The notes beneath the pieces were generated by a model, which was not told where the DNA came from, did no database searches, and saw nothing but the letters and a program-made list of their open reading frames with translations. DNA of 64,000 bases, from positions 1,536,001 through 1,600,000 of the forward strand of contig CAXXMD010000002.1 of assembly GCA_963675755.2 (NCBI GenBank). Direction: 5' to 3'. Positions 29,865 through 39,984 of this stretch are shown here, piece by piece. Source of the DNA: a bacterium (GTDB taxonomy: Bacteria > Zhuqueibacterota > Zhuqueibacteria > Residuimicrobiales > Krinioviventaceae). Each line of letters opens with the position of its first letter. Position 1 is the first letter of the stretch. A program made the position numbers and the translations under genes.

Positions 29865-31232
29865 ATGGGAAAAGAAATGGATAATTCAACAAAAATCTCC
29901 AGACGTACATTTGTAAATACGGCAGCGGCAAGCGCATTTGCCTTTCACTTTATTCCAGCTCGTCTGCTTGGCAAAGACGCACCCAGCAATAAATTAAACA
30001 TAGCGGGTATTGGAATTGGTGGAATGGGTAAAGGCAATCTCACACGCTGTGAAAGTGAAAACATAATGGCATTGTGCGATGTAGACAGCAGTTATGCTGC
30101 ACCCATATTTGAAAAATACCCGAATGCCAAAACCTATACCGATTATCGTGTAATGCTTGATAAAGAAAAAGACATTGATGCAGTAGTCATTGCTACTCCA
30201 GACCATACACATGCTGTTATTACCATGGAGTGTATGGAAGCAGGCAAACATATCTATTGCCAAAAGCCTCTTACTCATACTGTATATGAAGCCCGTAAAA
30301 TTACAGAAGCAGCACGAAAATATGGTGTGCAGACACAAATGGGCAACCAGGGACACTCGTCCGAACATATTCGCTTATTAAAAGAATGGCTTGCAGATGG
30401 AGCAATAGGCAATGTGACTGAGGTGCATGCCTGGACAGATCGCCCCGTAGGTGGAGATCCCTGGTCTACATTTGCGGTCAAAGCCAAATCAAAAGAGATT
30501 ATACCTGTACCTGAATCACTAAATTGGGATCTATGGTTGGGTCCCGCGGCCAGTCGTCCCTATCATCCGGATTACCATCCGCTCTCATGGCGTGCATGGC
30601 TTGATTTCGGCACCGGTGCATTGGGAGATATGGGCTGTCATATTCTGGACCCGGCTTTCTGGGCCCTTGATTTAGGAGCACCAGATACCATACAAGCAAC
30701 CTCTACACACTGGCAGGACGATGTAAGCTCGGAAACCTTTCCTCGGGCTTCAATAGTCAGATTCCATTTCCCAGAAAAAAACAACAGACCACCGGTCAAG
30801 ATCACCTGGTACGATGGTCGCTTAATGCCGCCAATGCCTGCAGAACTTGAAGCTGACCGTGAGTTGCCCGGTAGTGGGGCTTTGATCATTGGTGACGAGG
30901 GTACTATCTTGCATGGTTCTCATGGCGCCGGTGCAATGCGTATAATACCTGAGAAAAAGATGCAAGCATACAAACCACCTGCCAAAACGCTGCCGAGAGT
31001 TGAAGGTACTCACGAAGGTGACTGGATCAGAGCATGCAAAGATGGGAATCCCGCCAGCTCAACATTTGATTATGGTGGTCCATTGACTGAAATGGCATTA
31101 TTGGGAATGATTGCAATTCGTATGAAAAACAAAATACTGAAATGGGATACCAAAAATCTCAGGTTTACCAACAATGATGAAGCAAACAAGCTTTTGCATA
31201 TCGATTATCGAGAAGGTTGGAAAAAAATCTAG
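29865..31232 (+). CDS. Tat-exported Gfo/Idh/MocA family oxidoreductase
   Basis: SRRTFVN, GIGGMG, IATPDHTH, QKP, GDMGCH; paralogue of 5617-7017. Confidence 0.92.
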   Translation: MGKEMDNSTKISRRTFVNTAAASAFAFHFIPARLLGKDAPSNKLNIAGIGIGGMGKGNLTRCESENIMALCDVDSSYAAPIFEKYPNAKTYTDYRVMLDKEKDIDAVVIATPDHTHAVITMECMEAGKHIYCQKPLTHTVYEARKITEAARKYGVQTQMGNQGHSSEHIRLLKEWLADGAIGNVTEVHAWTDRPVGGDPWSTFAVKAKSKEIIPVPESLNWDLWLGPAASRPYHPDYHPLSWRAWLDFGTGALGDMGCHILDPAFWALDLGAPDTIQATSTHWQDDVSSETFPRASIVRFHFPEKNNRPPVKITWYDGRLMPPMPAELEADRELPGSGALIIGDEGTILHGSHGAGAMRIIPEKKMQAYKPPAKTLPRVEGTHEGDWIRACKDGNPASSTFDYGGPLTEMALLGMIAIRMKNKILKWDTKNLRFTNNDEANKLLHIDYREGWKKI

Positions 31233-31272
31233 TTACTATTATTCCCCCATTAAAAAAAAATCAAGTTATAAT

Positions 31273-31309
31273 AAAAAAAAGCCCTGCCGGTTAAACCGAC
31301 AGGGCTTTT
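31273..31309. terminator. Bidirectional rho-independent terminator
   Basis: A8-GCCCTG.CGG-loop-CCG.CAGGGC-TTTT between convergent genes. Confidence 0.85.
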
Positions 31310-31326
31310 ATAATATTAACAGGATA

Positions 31327-34300
31327 TTATTTTGTCAAAACCGCTTTTTTGATTTGGGTAAAATCACCGGCGGTAATTTTGTAGAAATAAACACCTGAAC
31401 CATAATTAACTGCATTCCATGCGATTGTATGGTAACCAGCATTCTGGAAACCATCCATCAGGGTAGCAATTTCCTGACCCAGTGCATTGTGAACGGTAAC
31501 GGTAACATGGCTGGCATTCGGCAGACCATATTTAATTGATGTTACCGGGTTGAACGGGTTAGGATAATTCTGGCTCAGTGAATAAACAGTAGGTACTGCT
31601 TCTGCTTCTGTAATAGCATCCGGGAAAGTAACCGAAACGCTATAGGTTTCAGAAGACCAGGTACCATCGGAGTATTCATCTACTGCTTTGACTTTCCAAT
31701 AATAAGTCTTGTTGCGTTCGAGGGCAGCCCATGTGAAAGTGGTTTCAGTCAATCCACTCTGAGTCATTGGGCTTGTGAATTCAGCATCTTCTGACAAATA
31801 CAAGGTATAAGTCATGTTACCACCCAATTCAGAGTTGGTTGTTGGTTCCCATATGAATTGAACGGTGTTTTCGGTAACAGTTGTATCATCAGCAGGTGAA
31901 GTCAAAGAGAATTCTGCCGGTGGCAAAACTTCAATCATAAATGAGAATGTTTCTGTTGATTCAGTACCTTCGGTATTGGTATCAACAGCTTTGACTTTCC
32001 AATAAATTGTATTGTTCAGAATATAATCTGCATAACCAGCAAGAATTGCTGCGGTGTCCCAGGTATATTCAGAATCTTCCAGGCCTTCCATTGCAATGGT
32101 CAACAAGGGGCTGAAAGAAGGATCAACAGAGACATACAGATTATAAGTTACAGCATCGCCGGGATCATCATCATATGCATCTTCCCAGTCAAATGTTACA
32201 TCTGCAGTATTGTAAACTGCATCATCTTCAGGAGTCAGCAATGAGAAAGCCATGGGTGGGAATACAGGTACAAAAACCTGACCCAGGAACGGATCGTAAT
32301 CAACACGATCAGAAACCGGAGAACCAGCACCAGGACCATCACCAGCAGGACCAGAAGCATGTCCCCACCAGTTGTTTTCAGCATTAATTTCAAGTACCTG
32401 TGATTCATTCAATACACCAAACAAGGTACTACCAACAATGTTGTTATAGTTAACAACGGGTTGGCCTTCTAATCTGGCATATACACCACGTTTTGCGCCA
32501 AGAAGATCATTGTACATAACCGTGGGAGAACCACCATAACAGAACACATTGCTCTCAAGGTTGTTCTGGAAAACATTTGCTTCAAGGAAAGCATGTTGAT
32601 TAACCTGAACACCATTGGTTGCGTATTCAATGGTACAACGTCTCATTTTTGAAGAGTCATCAGCTGCATCTTCAAAAATGATTGCGCCCCATTCACCAGC
32701 TTCAGGATCGAAATCGTTAGAAGAGGTAAAAGTTGCACCCATAGCTACCAACTTACCAGTAGGATCATCAACCTGAACTGCATTTGCACCAGTTCCGGCT
32801 GCATTCAAAGCGCCATTCAATTGAGAACCTACAACCAGATCAGCTTCTTTATTAAAAGTAACTACAACACCTGGTTCAATGGTCAAAGTTGGCATATCTA
32901 AGGCATTTTCAACAAATACATCGTCAAAGATATAATAGTTAACGCCCAGTTCGCTCCAAACAGCATCAGTAGAGATAAAACCTCTATAGATATAAATTGC
33001 GTTGAAACGGTTATCTGCATAAGTATTACCAGTCACAAATTGTGCCTGATCAGGATGTAATTGAATTACATATTTATTATTATTGGTAAAATCATTACCA
33101 GATACCATTATTTCTGCATTTACATTTTTAACACTGATAACATCAGAATTGATGTTTGTCAATGTACTATTCATAACATCAAGCTCGCCAACTGCGCTAG
33201 CTTCATAGAAAACGCCGGTGAACATGGTGTCAAAAGTACTACCATCAACATACACATCTGACATGCCTTCAGCATAAATACCACTCTGAAGAATGTTGCT
33301 AAAAGTAGTACCAGTTACTGAAACATCATTATTGTGTACTAACAAACCATCAGTAGCATATTCAATGGTACAACCATCGAGTGCACAGTCATCTGATGCA
33401 TTATCGAAAAAGTAAATACCTTCCCAATCGTCAGCAGTTTGACCTGAAAGTTTATATGAGGTAAATTTGGTATCAGTTGCGGTCAATTTTCCGGAATTGG
33501 CTGCTGTTTCAGAACCAACCCACAATTGAACGCCATCAAAAAAGCTCAAAGTGGCATCAGGACCGATTGCCAAAGCAGCTTCCGCACCATTACCGGCAAC
33601 AGTAATATCGCCAGCAATAAGATATTCAAGTTCAGATTCAGGCCATGAAGAGTTGACACTCATGGTACCAGGTCTTACACGAATTCTGTTATATTCAGGA
33701 GCATTATCAGAAGCGGAAGAACCTGACATTGAACCAACCTGATTCGGATACAGACTTGCTGCATAATCAACAAGGTTGGTAAAAGTATTATCAGTAATAA
33801 CCGGAGAAGCTACAGCACTTTCAACATTGATAGCAATATCGCCAAGGTTATCAAAAGTGTTGCCGGAAATTACAGGAGCAGCAGTACATTTAAAATCTAC
33901 CAAAATACCTACAGGGGTATTTGAAAAAGTATTGCCACTAAAAGTAGGAGCTGAATTTTTAGCAACAAAAGCTCCATTGTCTTTAATATTATTTAAAGTA
34001 TTACCTGTCAATGTTGGTGAAGAACCATTTACAGTTATACCTGTTTCAGCATATTCTACAGTACATCCTTCCATTGAAGAAGAAGCATCAGCGGTAGAAT
34101 CAAAGATTACAGAGTACCAGTCTCCTGCTGCTTTGCCGGTAACTTTGCGAGAAGTCAAAGTAGCACCGGTTGCCATCAATGTACCAGGATTTCCACCAAC
34201 AGGTTCACCAACCCAAATAGCAGAGCCAGTTGAAAAAGTCAGTGTAGCACCTTCAGTAATGGTCAATACTGGATTGTCTGCACCGCGTACATACAAGTCA

Positions 34301-35907
34301 TTAGAAATATAATATGGAATTTCTGTTTCAGTCCAGCTACCAGTTTCAGAAAGATCACCGGCTTTAACACGGAGCATATTAAATTCTGCTTCGTTATCTG
34401 CACCAGTACTTCCTGACAAATTGGTAACCTGATTGGGATACAAATCAACAAGAAATTTTTTATTATTATTAAATTCATTATCACTAATTACCGGCATTGA
34501 ATTAGCACTTTCAATCTTGACGGTAATATCAGTACAGTTTGCAATTGTATTGCCAGAAATAGTAGGACTACCGGTAGCAAATTGATCAACCCAAACAGCA
34601 ACAGGAACAGTATCAATCGTGTTACCAGAAATGGTGGGAGACGCGCTTCCGGTTACCAGTACTGCAATATCCATAATATTGGAAACTGTATTGTTACTGA
34701 ATGTTGGACTAGCATCAACTGTGAACAATGCATTTTCACAATTTTCAATTGTACAATTATCAACAACAGAAGAAGGATCTGATGATACATCAAAATGCAG
34801 TGCATACCACCAACCTACAGGTATCAACGCATCAGTAGTATTATCACCTGTTTTCTGTACAGTTGGGCCACCTTCTTCATACCCTACTTCATTAAACGAA
34901 GTAAAAGTAGCGCCAGAAGCCAACAACTTTGCAGGTTCGTTTACATTAGCGGTACCAACATATAAACCTTTATGTTCTTCAAATAACAACTGAACACCAT
35001 CTTCAATGGTCAATGTTACCAATGTACCCGCATTACCTTTAATAAAAATATTACTTGAAATCAAAAATGGGATCTGAGCTTCACTCCAGGTTGCATCTTG
35101 TAAAACATCGCCACCGGCAACATAGATCATGCTGCGGGTAGGATCAGCACTGGAGCCTGTGTTACCCCAAATTCCACCCATTGTTGTCGGATATACAAAC
35201 ATAACATAATGAGTAGCAGTTGTGATATTGTTATTATAGATTTGAGGGGTAGCAACTTTACTTTCAGCATAGATACCAAACTCTTTACTGCTTTCAACAG
35301 TATTGTTTGAAAAATCAACAGAGCCGGTACTTTTATCAACTAAAAACAAGGCTGATTTAACTTCTTGAAAAGTATTTCCCTGAATAACAGCATTAGATAC
35401 ACCTACAACATTTACACCAAAATTGGTAAAATCGCTGATTGTAGAATTTTGTACCGTGGGGCTAGCATCAGTAAGGAAAATACCAGTAACACCTGTTTGA
35501 ATAACACAGTTGTCTAAAATTGATGAATCATCTGACCAGGCTTCAAAATAAATTGAACGCCAGCGATATTCTGCTTTTGTATCATCCCAATATGCTTCAA
35601 ATGTAATGGGATTTTCAGCAGTACCTTGTGCAACAATTTTACCATCTGTTACACCTGCGTTATATGAACCAATATAAAGTGCAGTGTTGGGGAAAAATTT
35701 AACCTCAACACCCGGTTCAATGGTTAATGTAGCCAGACTGTTTCCGCCCGAAATTGTCACATTGCTTTTGACAACGTAGGGGCTGCCGGCAAGATCCCAA
35801 ACGGTATCTGTACTAATCGTACCGCTGACATCAGTAGCAAGAACTGCCGTTGTGCAACATAGTGCCATGATGGCAATAAATCCTGCCAGTCGTAAAAAAG
35901 ATCTCAT
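31327..35907 (-). CDS. Large secreted beta-helix repeat protein with FN3-like domains and C-terminal secretion/sorting domain
   Basis: ATG 35907 after GGAGGG; signal peptide; five repeated modules; two FSL.(T/S)P..YWKVKAVD domains; YSLSQNYPNPFNP C-terminus. Confidence 0.85.
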   Translation of the reverse strand: MRSFLRLAGFIAIMALCCTTAVLATDVSGTISTDTVWDLAGSPYVVKSNVTISGGNSLATLTIEPGVEVKFFPNTALYIGSYNAGVTDGKIVAQGTAENPITFEAYWDDTKAEYRWRSIYFEAWSDDSSILDNCVIQTGVTGIFLTDASPTVQNSTISDFTNFGVNVVGVSNAVIQGNTFQEVKSALFLVDKSTGSVDFSNNTVESSKEFGIYAESKVATPQIYNNNITTATHYVMFVYPTTMGGIWGNTGSSADPTRSMIYVAGGDVLQDATWSEAQIPFLISSNIFIKGNAGTLVTLTIEDGVQLLFEEHKGLYVGTANVNEPAKLLASGATFTSFNEVGYEEGGPTVQKTGDNTTDALIPVGWWYALHFDVSSDPSSVVDNCTIENCENALFTVDASPTFSNNTVSNIMDIAVLVTGSASPTISGNTIDTVPVAVWVDQFATGSPTISGNTIANCTDITVKIESANSMPVISDNEFNNNKKFLVDLYPNQVTNLSGSTGADNEAEFNMLRVKAGDLSETGSWTETEIPYYISNDLYVRGADNPVLTITEGATLTFSTGSAIWVGEPVGGNPGTLMATGATLTSRKVTGKAAGDWYSVIFDSTADASSSMEGCTVEYAETGITVNGSSPTLTGNTLNNIKDNGAFVAKNSAPTFSGNTFSNTPVGILVDFKCTAAPVISGNTFDNLGDIAINVESAVASPVITDNTFTNLVDYAASLYPNQVGSMSGSSASDNAPEYNRIRVRPGTMSVNSSWPESELEYLIAGDITVAGNGAEAALAIGPDATLSFFDGVQLWVGSETAANSGKLTATDTKFTSYKLSGQTADDWEGIYFFDNASDDCALDGCTIEYATDGLLVHNNDVSVTGTTFSNILQSGIYAEGMSDVYVDGSTFDTMFTGVFYEASAVGELDVMNSTLTNINSDVISVKNVNAEIMVSGNDFTNNNKYVIQLHPDQAQFVTGNTYADNRFNAIYIYRGFISTDAVWSELGVNYYIFDDVFVENALDMPTLTIEPGVVVTFNKEADLVVGSQLNGALNAAGTGANAVQVDDPTGKLVAMGATFTSSNDFDPEAGEWGAIIFEDAADDSSKMRRCTIEYATNGVQVNQHAFLEANVFQNNLESNVFCYGGSPTVMYNDLLGAKRGVYARLEGQPVVNYNNIVGSTLFGVLNESQVLEINAENNWWGHASGPAGDGPGAGSPVSDRVDYDPFLGQVFVPVFPPMAFSLLTPEDDAVYNTADVTFDWEDAYDDDPGDAVTYNLYVSVDPSFSPLLTIAMEGLEDSEYTWDTAAILAGYADYILNNTIYWKVKAVDTNTEGTESTETFSFMIEVLPPAEFSLTSPADDTTVTENTVQFIWEPTTNSELGGNMTYTLYLSEDAEFTSPMTQSGLTETTFTWAALERNKTYYWKVKAVDEYSDGTWSSETYSVSVTFPDAITEAEAVPTVYSLSQNYPNPFNPVTSIKYGLPNASHVTVTVHNALGQEIATLMDGFQNAGYHTIAWNAVNYGSGVYFYKITAGDFTQIKKAVLTK

Positions 35908-36149
35908 TCTCGATCCCTCCAATTTAATTAAAGGTTTATAAGTGTTTTCATGTTTTGAGTGCCTGCCCGTAAAGGGCATTTGGGAATAAGGTCCTATTAT
36001 TCTTTATTATAACCCATTTTTATATTTTTATATTCCATACTAAAAATACCAAACTCATATCACTAAAAAATGGTAAAACTAAAAGAAAAACATGGTAATG
36101 TAGAAACTTTGGCAGGTATATAATCGCAATATACGCATATATTAGTAAT

Positions 36150-36165
36150 TGCAATTTCTATACCA
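36150..36165 (-). promoter_or_regulatory. Putative sigma54 (-24/-12) promoter
   Basis: TGGTATAGAAATTGCA: GG-N10-GC spacing matches TGGCAC-N5-TTGCW and points toward the 35907 gene. Confidence 0.65.
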
Positions 36166-36676
36166 AAGAATTAGATAAATTAGAAACCCCTCACAACCCG
36201 GTAAACCCAATAAAAACAACAATACTAAATTTATATTCTATCTTCCAGGCGTTAACATAGGAAAAATTTGCATGGTTAACACCTTTTTTCGTTACATATA
36301 TGTCACAATAAATATAACATATTAGATACTAGTATTGCAAATTTCTTTCTCGGCAAGTATTTGACGACGAATACATCCAATTTTTCAACTATCAAATACA
36401 AGTAACTAATTATTAGAAATTACTAAAATTAAACTTTATAAACAATCATTATTTATTACAAATTCTTAAGAAATAATCACAAATACGTTTATATTTACGA
36501 TCAAAAATTATTAGTTTTTTTATTGACTATAATGTGAACATTCTTAATTTATTATACAATTTGTTATTTCTGTTTTTCTTGTATACATTATTAAGTACCA
36601 TACTAAAAATGCAATCTGTCTTGACCCGGCATTTAATTTGCTTAATAAAGCAATTATCAATTGAAAGGAAAATGCC

Positions 36677-37480
36677 ATGGAATCCAGCGCTTTCAATCCA
36701 AAAGAAAAGCTCAAGAAAAATTTTTACGAAAATGAACTGCTGAACCTTCAGATAGAATTGGTGAAACTCCAGGAATGGATAAAGCAGAAAAAACTCAAAG
36801 TTGTAGTTATTTTCGAAGGTCGTGATGCAGCCGGTAAAGGAGGAGTAATCAAGCGCATTACTCAATCTTTAAATCCCAGGATCTGTCGAGTAGTTGCACT
36901 GGGTGTTCCTACAGAAAAAGAAAAATCACAATGGTATTTTCAGCGTTATGTTCCACATCTTCCTGCTGCAGGTGAAATGGTATTATTTGATCGTAGTTGG
37001 TACAACCGGGCCGGAGTTGAACATGTGATGGGCTATTGTACTGAAGAAGAGTATCGAGAGTTTCTGCGCACTTGCCCCGAGTTTGAGCGTATGCTGGTAA
37101 GATCAGGAATTACATTGATTAAATATTGGTTTTCTGTAAGTGATGAGGTACAGGAAAAACGTTTTCAATCAAGAAATGAAGATCCCACCAAACGCTGGAA
37201 GCTCAGTCCCATGGATCTAAAATCCAGAGACATGTGGTTGGAATATTCCAAAGCCAAAGACCAGATGTTTGATTATACTGACATTAAACAGGCACCCTGG
37301 TGGGTAGTAAACGCGGACGATAAAAAACGCGCGCGTTTAAACTGTATTAGCCACCTGCTGAGCCTGATAGATTATCAAGATCTTACACCAGGGCCCATTG
37401 ACCTAAAGGCCCGTAAAAAAGATACCGGTTATATTCGTCCACCTATCACAGATCAGACTTTTATACCGGATAAATATTAA
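36677..37480 (+). CDS. ppk2: Polyphosphate kinase 2
   Basis: FEGRDAAGKGG, QWYFQRY, FDRSWYNRAGVE, KRWKLSPMD. Confidence 0.95.
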   Translation: MESSAFNPKEKLKKNFYENELLNLQIELVKLQEWIKQKKLKVVVIFEGRDAAGKGGVIKRITQSLNPRICRVVALGVPTEKEKSQWYFQRYVPHLPAAGEMVLFDRSWYNRAGVEHVMGYCTEEEYREFLRTCPEFERMLVRSGITLIKYWFSVSDEVQEKRFQSRNEDPTKRWKLSPMDLKSRDMWLEYSKAKDQMFDYTDIKQAPWWVVNADDKKRARLNCISHLLSLIDYQDLTPGPIDLKARKKDTGYIRPPITDQTFIPDKY

Positions 37481-37503
37481 GCGATTAGAACAGCGGTAAA
37501 ATT

Positions 37504-39465
37504 ATGCACGAGATCCCCTATCTTAAAGATGTGGTCATATTGTTCGGAACTGCCCTGGTTATGCTGGCAATCTGTAACCGGTTCCGCATTCCATCTATTA
37601 TTGGCTTTTTGTTTACCGGTTTGTTAACAGGTCCCTCTACACTTGGCTGGATCAAAGATTCACATCATATTGAAATTTTTGCCGAGTTGGGTGTTGTCTT
37701 TCTGCTGTTCATTATCGGGTTAGAGCTTCATTTTGAACGCCTCAAAAAACTGATAAAACCCATGCTGGTTGGAGGCAGTCTTCAGGCAGCACTGACACTG
37801 CTTGCAATAACTGTAGCTGCATTTGGATTAGGTTTGGGGGCTAAAACCGGTTTCTTTTGGGGAATGGTTATCACGCTCAGCAGCACAGCCATTGTACTGA
37901 CATTATATCAGGAACGGAATGAGATTGAAACACCTCATGGCCAAACCGCTTTGGGGATTTTACTTTTTCAGGATTTTTTAATTGTACCCTTTATTCTCAT
38001 CGTACCCATTTTGGGCGGCTCCATGGATGGAACCGGACTTCAAATTGCATTCCGGTTTGGCGGAGGTTTGCTGCTTATTGGAGCAATGCTTTTACTGGGA
38101 CGCTTTGTACTTCCCCATCTATTACACCTGATCGTGCTCACACGTGTACGGGAACTCTTGGTGTTGGGCGCATTGTTCATTTGCCTGGGTGCAGCTTTGG
38201 CAACCGAAGCCGCAGGATTTTCACTTGCACTCGGAGCTTTTCTTGCAGGTATCCTGATCTCGGAAAGCGATTATCACTACCAAATCGAAAGCGAGATTAC
38301 CCCCTTCCGGGACGTCTTCAACAGTGTCTTTTTCATTTCCATTGGTATGCTGATCAATATAAAGTTTTTTATTTCTCACTGGCAAATCGTATTGCTTATA
38401 GCGGGCACGGCACTGGTATTAAAAACCATAATCCTGATAATTGTTACCTCACTCCTCTTTCTTCCCTGGCGGACAAAGTTCATTGCCTCTACAAGCCTTG
38501 CCCAGATTGGAGAATTTTCATTTATACTCATCAGCACCGGTTATTTTTACAAACTGATCCCTTATGATCATTATCAATATGCAATATCGGTCACTGTTTT
38601 GACCATGCTGCTCACACCTGTTTTAATTTCAACAGCACCTTTACTTTTCAGATCTTTGAAAAAATCCATAAAGTCCAAAGAGACCACCCTATCAGGCCAC
38701 ATAATCATTTCCGGATACGGATTAACCGGTCAGCATCTGGTTCGTGTTTTACAAAGCGCAAACATTCCTTACATTGTTACTGAAATAAATGGCCAAACGG
38801 TAAAGCAAAATAAAAAACTGGGCACAAATATCATTTATGGGGATTCCTCAAAGAGAACCATTTTGGAAAAATGTGGAATCCACTCAGCCAGCGTATTGGT
38901 TACTGCCATATCTGATCCCTATGCATTACGACAGACTATAAAACTGGCACGACAAATCAACCCGGATATTTTTATTATTGCACGCAGTAACCGCTTGAGT
39001 GAGATTCAGGAACTGGTTGGATTCGGAGCCAGCCATGTCATTGCGCAGGAATTTGAATCTTCAATAGAAATTGTAACCAATGTGCTGGAACGTCTGCATA
39101 TGCCGCAAAACATAATCCGTATGGAAGAAAAAATATTAAGACAAGATGGTTACCAAATGCTTCGTCAACCTGCTACAACCTCTTATGGAATCTCAGATAA
39201 AATCATGGATCTGCTGGCAGAAGGTGTTACAACAACCTTTATGGTATTGGAAACCCATTATGCCGTCAATAAAAAGATAAGCGATCTGGATTTACGTAAA
39301 CAAACCGGGGCGACAATACTCGCTGTTATGCGGGGCGACAAGCCAAATAAAAATCCGGCCCCTGATTTAGAGTTATCAAGTGGAGATGTTTTGATATTGA
39401 CCGGAGCGCATGCAGAAATAGACAATGCCTTTGCATGGCTTGAAAAAGGTGGTAACCAGGAATAA
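37504..39465 (+). CDS. CPA2 family cation:proton antiporter (Kef-type) with TrkA-N and TrkA-C domains
   Basis: AELGVVFLLFIIGLE, LSSTAIV, LLFQD, LAQIGEFSF, GYGLTG, C-terminal RCK_C. Confidence 0.9.
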   Translation: MHEIPYLKDVVILFGTALVMLAICNRFRIPSIIGFLFTGLLTGPSTLGWIKDSHHIEIFAELGVVFLLFIIGLELHFERLKKLIKPMLVGGSLQAALTLLAITVAAFGLGLGAKTGFFWGMVITLSSTAIVLTLYQERNEIETPHGQTALGILLFQDFLIVPFILIVPILGGSMDGTGLQIAFRFGGGLLLIGAMLLLGRFVLPHLLHLIVLTRVRELLVLGALFICLGAALATEAAGFSLALGAFLAGILISESDYHYQIESEITPFRDVFNSVFFISIGMLINIKFFISHWQIVLLIAGTALVLKTIILIIVTSLLFLPWRTKFIASTSLAQIGEFSFILISTGYFYKLIPYDHYQYAISVTVLTMLLTPVLISTAPLLFRSLKKSIKSKETTLSGHIIISGYGLTGQHLVRVLQSANIPYIVTEINGQTVKQNKKLGTNIIYGDSSKRTILEKCGIHSASVLVTAISDPYALRQTIKLARQINPDIFIIARSNRLSEIQELVGFGASHVIAQEFESSIEIVTNVLERLHMPQNIIRMEEKILRQDGYQMLRQPATTSYGISDKIMDLLAEGVTTTFMVLETHYAVNKKISDLDLRKQTGATILAVMRGDKPNKNPAPDLELSSGDVLILTGAHAEIDNAFAWLEKGGNQE

Positions 39466-39505
39466 GACTAAATTTATAATCAAAAATTGTAAAACATTTT
39501 CAGGA

Positions 39506-39943
39506 TCACCCAATTTTGCCTTTGAGTTTATTCCACAATCCCTTTCCCAACATTCGATCAGCAGCATTTAATACCCGCTGAATCACTTCCAGGGCATCAT
39601 CATCACCAGGCCAATGCTCTTGAATGATCTCGGGATCGGTATAATTAACCAACCCATTCAACACATAAGCCGCTAATGCGATATCATCTGTAAAAGCAAC
39701 CGGACCGAAAATAGCTTCCGGCAACAGATCTATGGGAGAGATAAAATAAGCCAAAGCAGCCAATAATTTCACTTTTTCAGATTTGGGAACCCGTTCATCT
39801 TGAGAAAGCTTCCACATCAGGTAAAACAAATCGGGCGCCCATATCAGATATTTGCTCCACTCGTTGTTTTGACCGTCCTTACTGTCCAGCCAGGCTTGCA
39901 GCTTGTTGCGAAGTTTTTTATAAAAACCAGCTTCTTTATTCAA
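39506..39943 (-). CDS. DUF1232/YkvA family membrane protein
   Basis: AALAYFISPIDLLPE..GPVAFTDD. Confidence 0.85.
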   Translation of the reverse strand: MNKEAGFYKKLRNKLQAWLDSKDGQNNEWSKYLIWAPDLFYLMWKLSQDERVPKSEKVKLLAALAYFISPIDLLPEAIFGPVAFTDDIALAAYVLNGLVNYTDPEIIQEHWPGDDDALEVIQRVLNAADRMLGKGLWNKLKGKIG

Positions 39944-39984
39944 TCTTTATAAATTCCTGTTAACCATTTAATATTCTGTGACGC

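Noticed and set aside
36527-36865. Short ORFs 36527..36865 (-) and 36534..36743 (+)
   Set aside because: They overlap ppk2 and its AT-rich promoter region and have no protein-like features.
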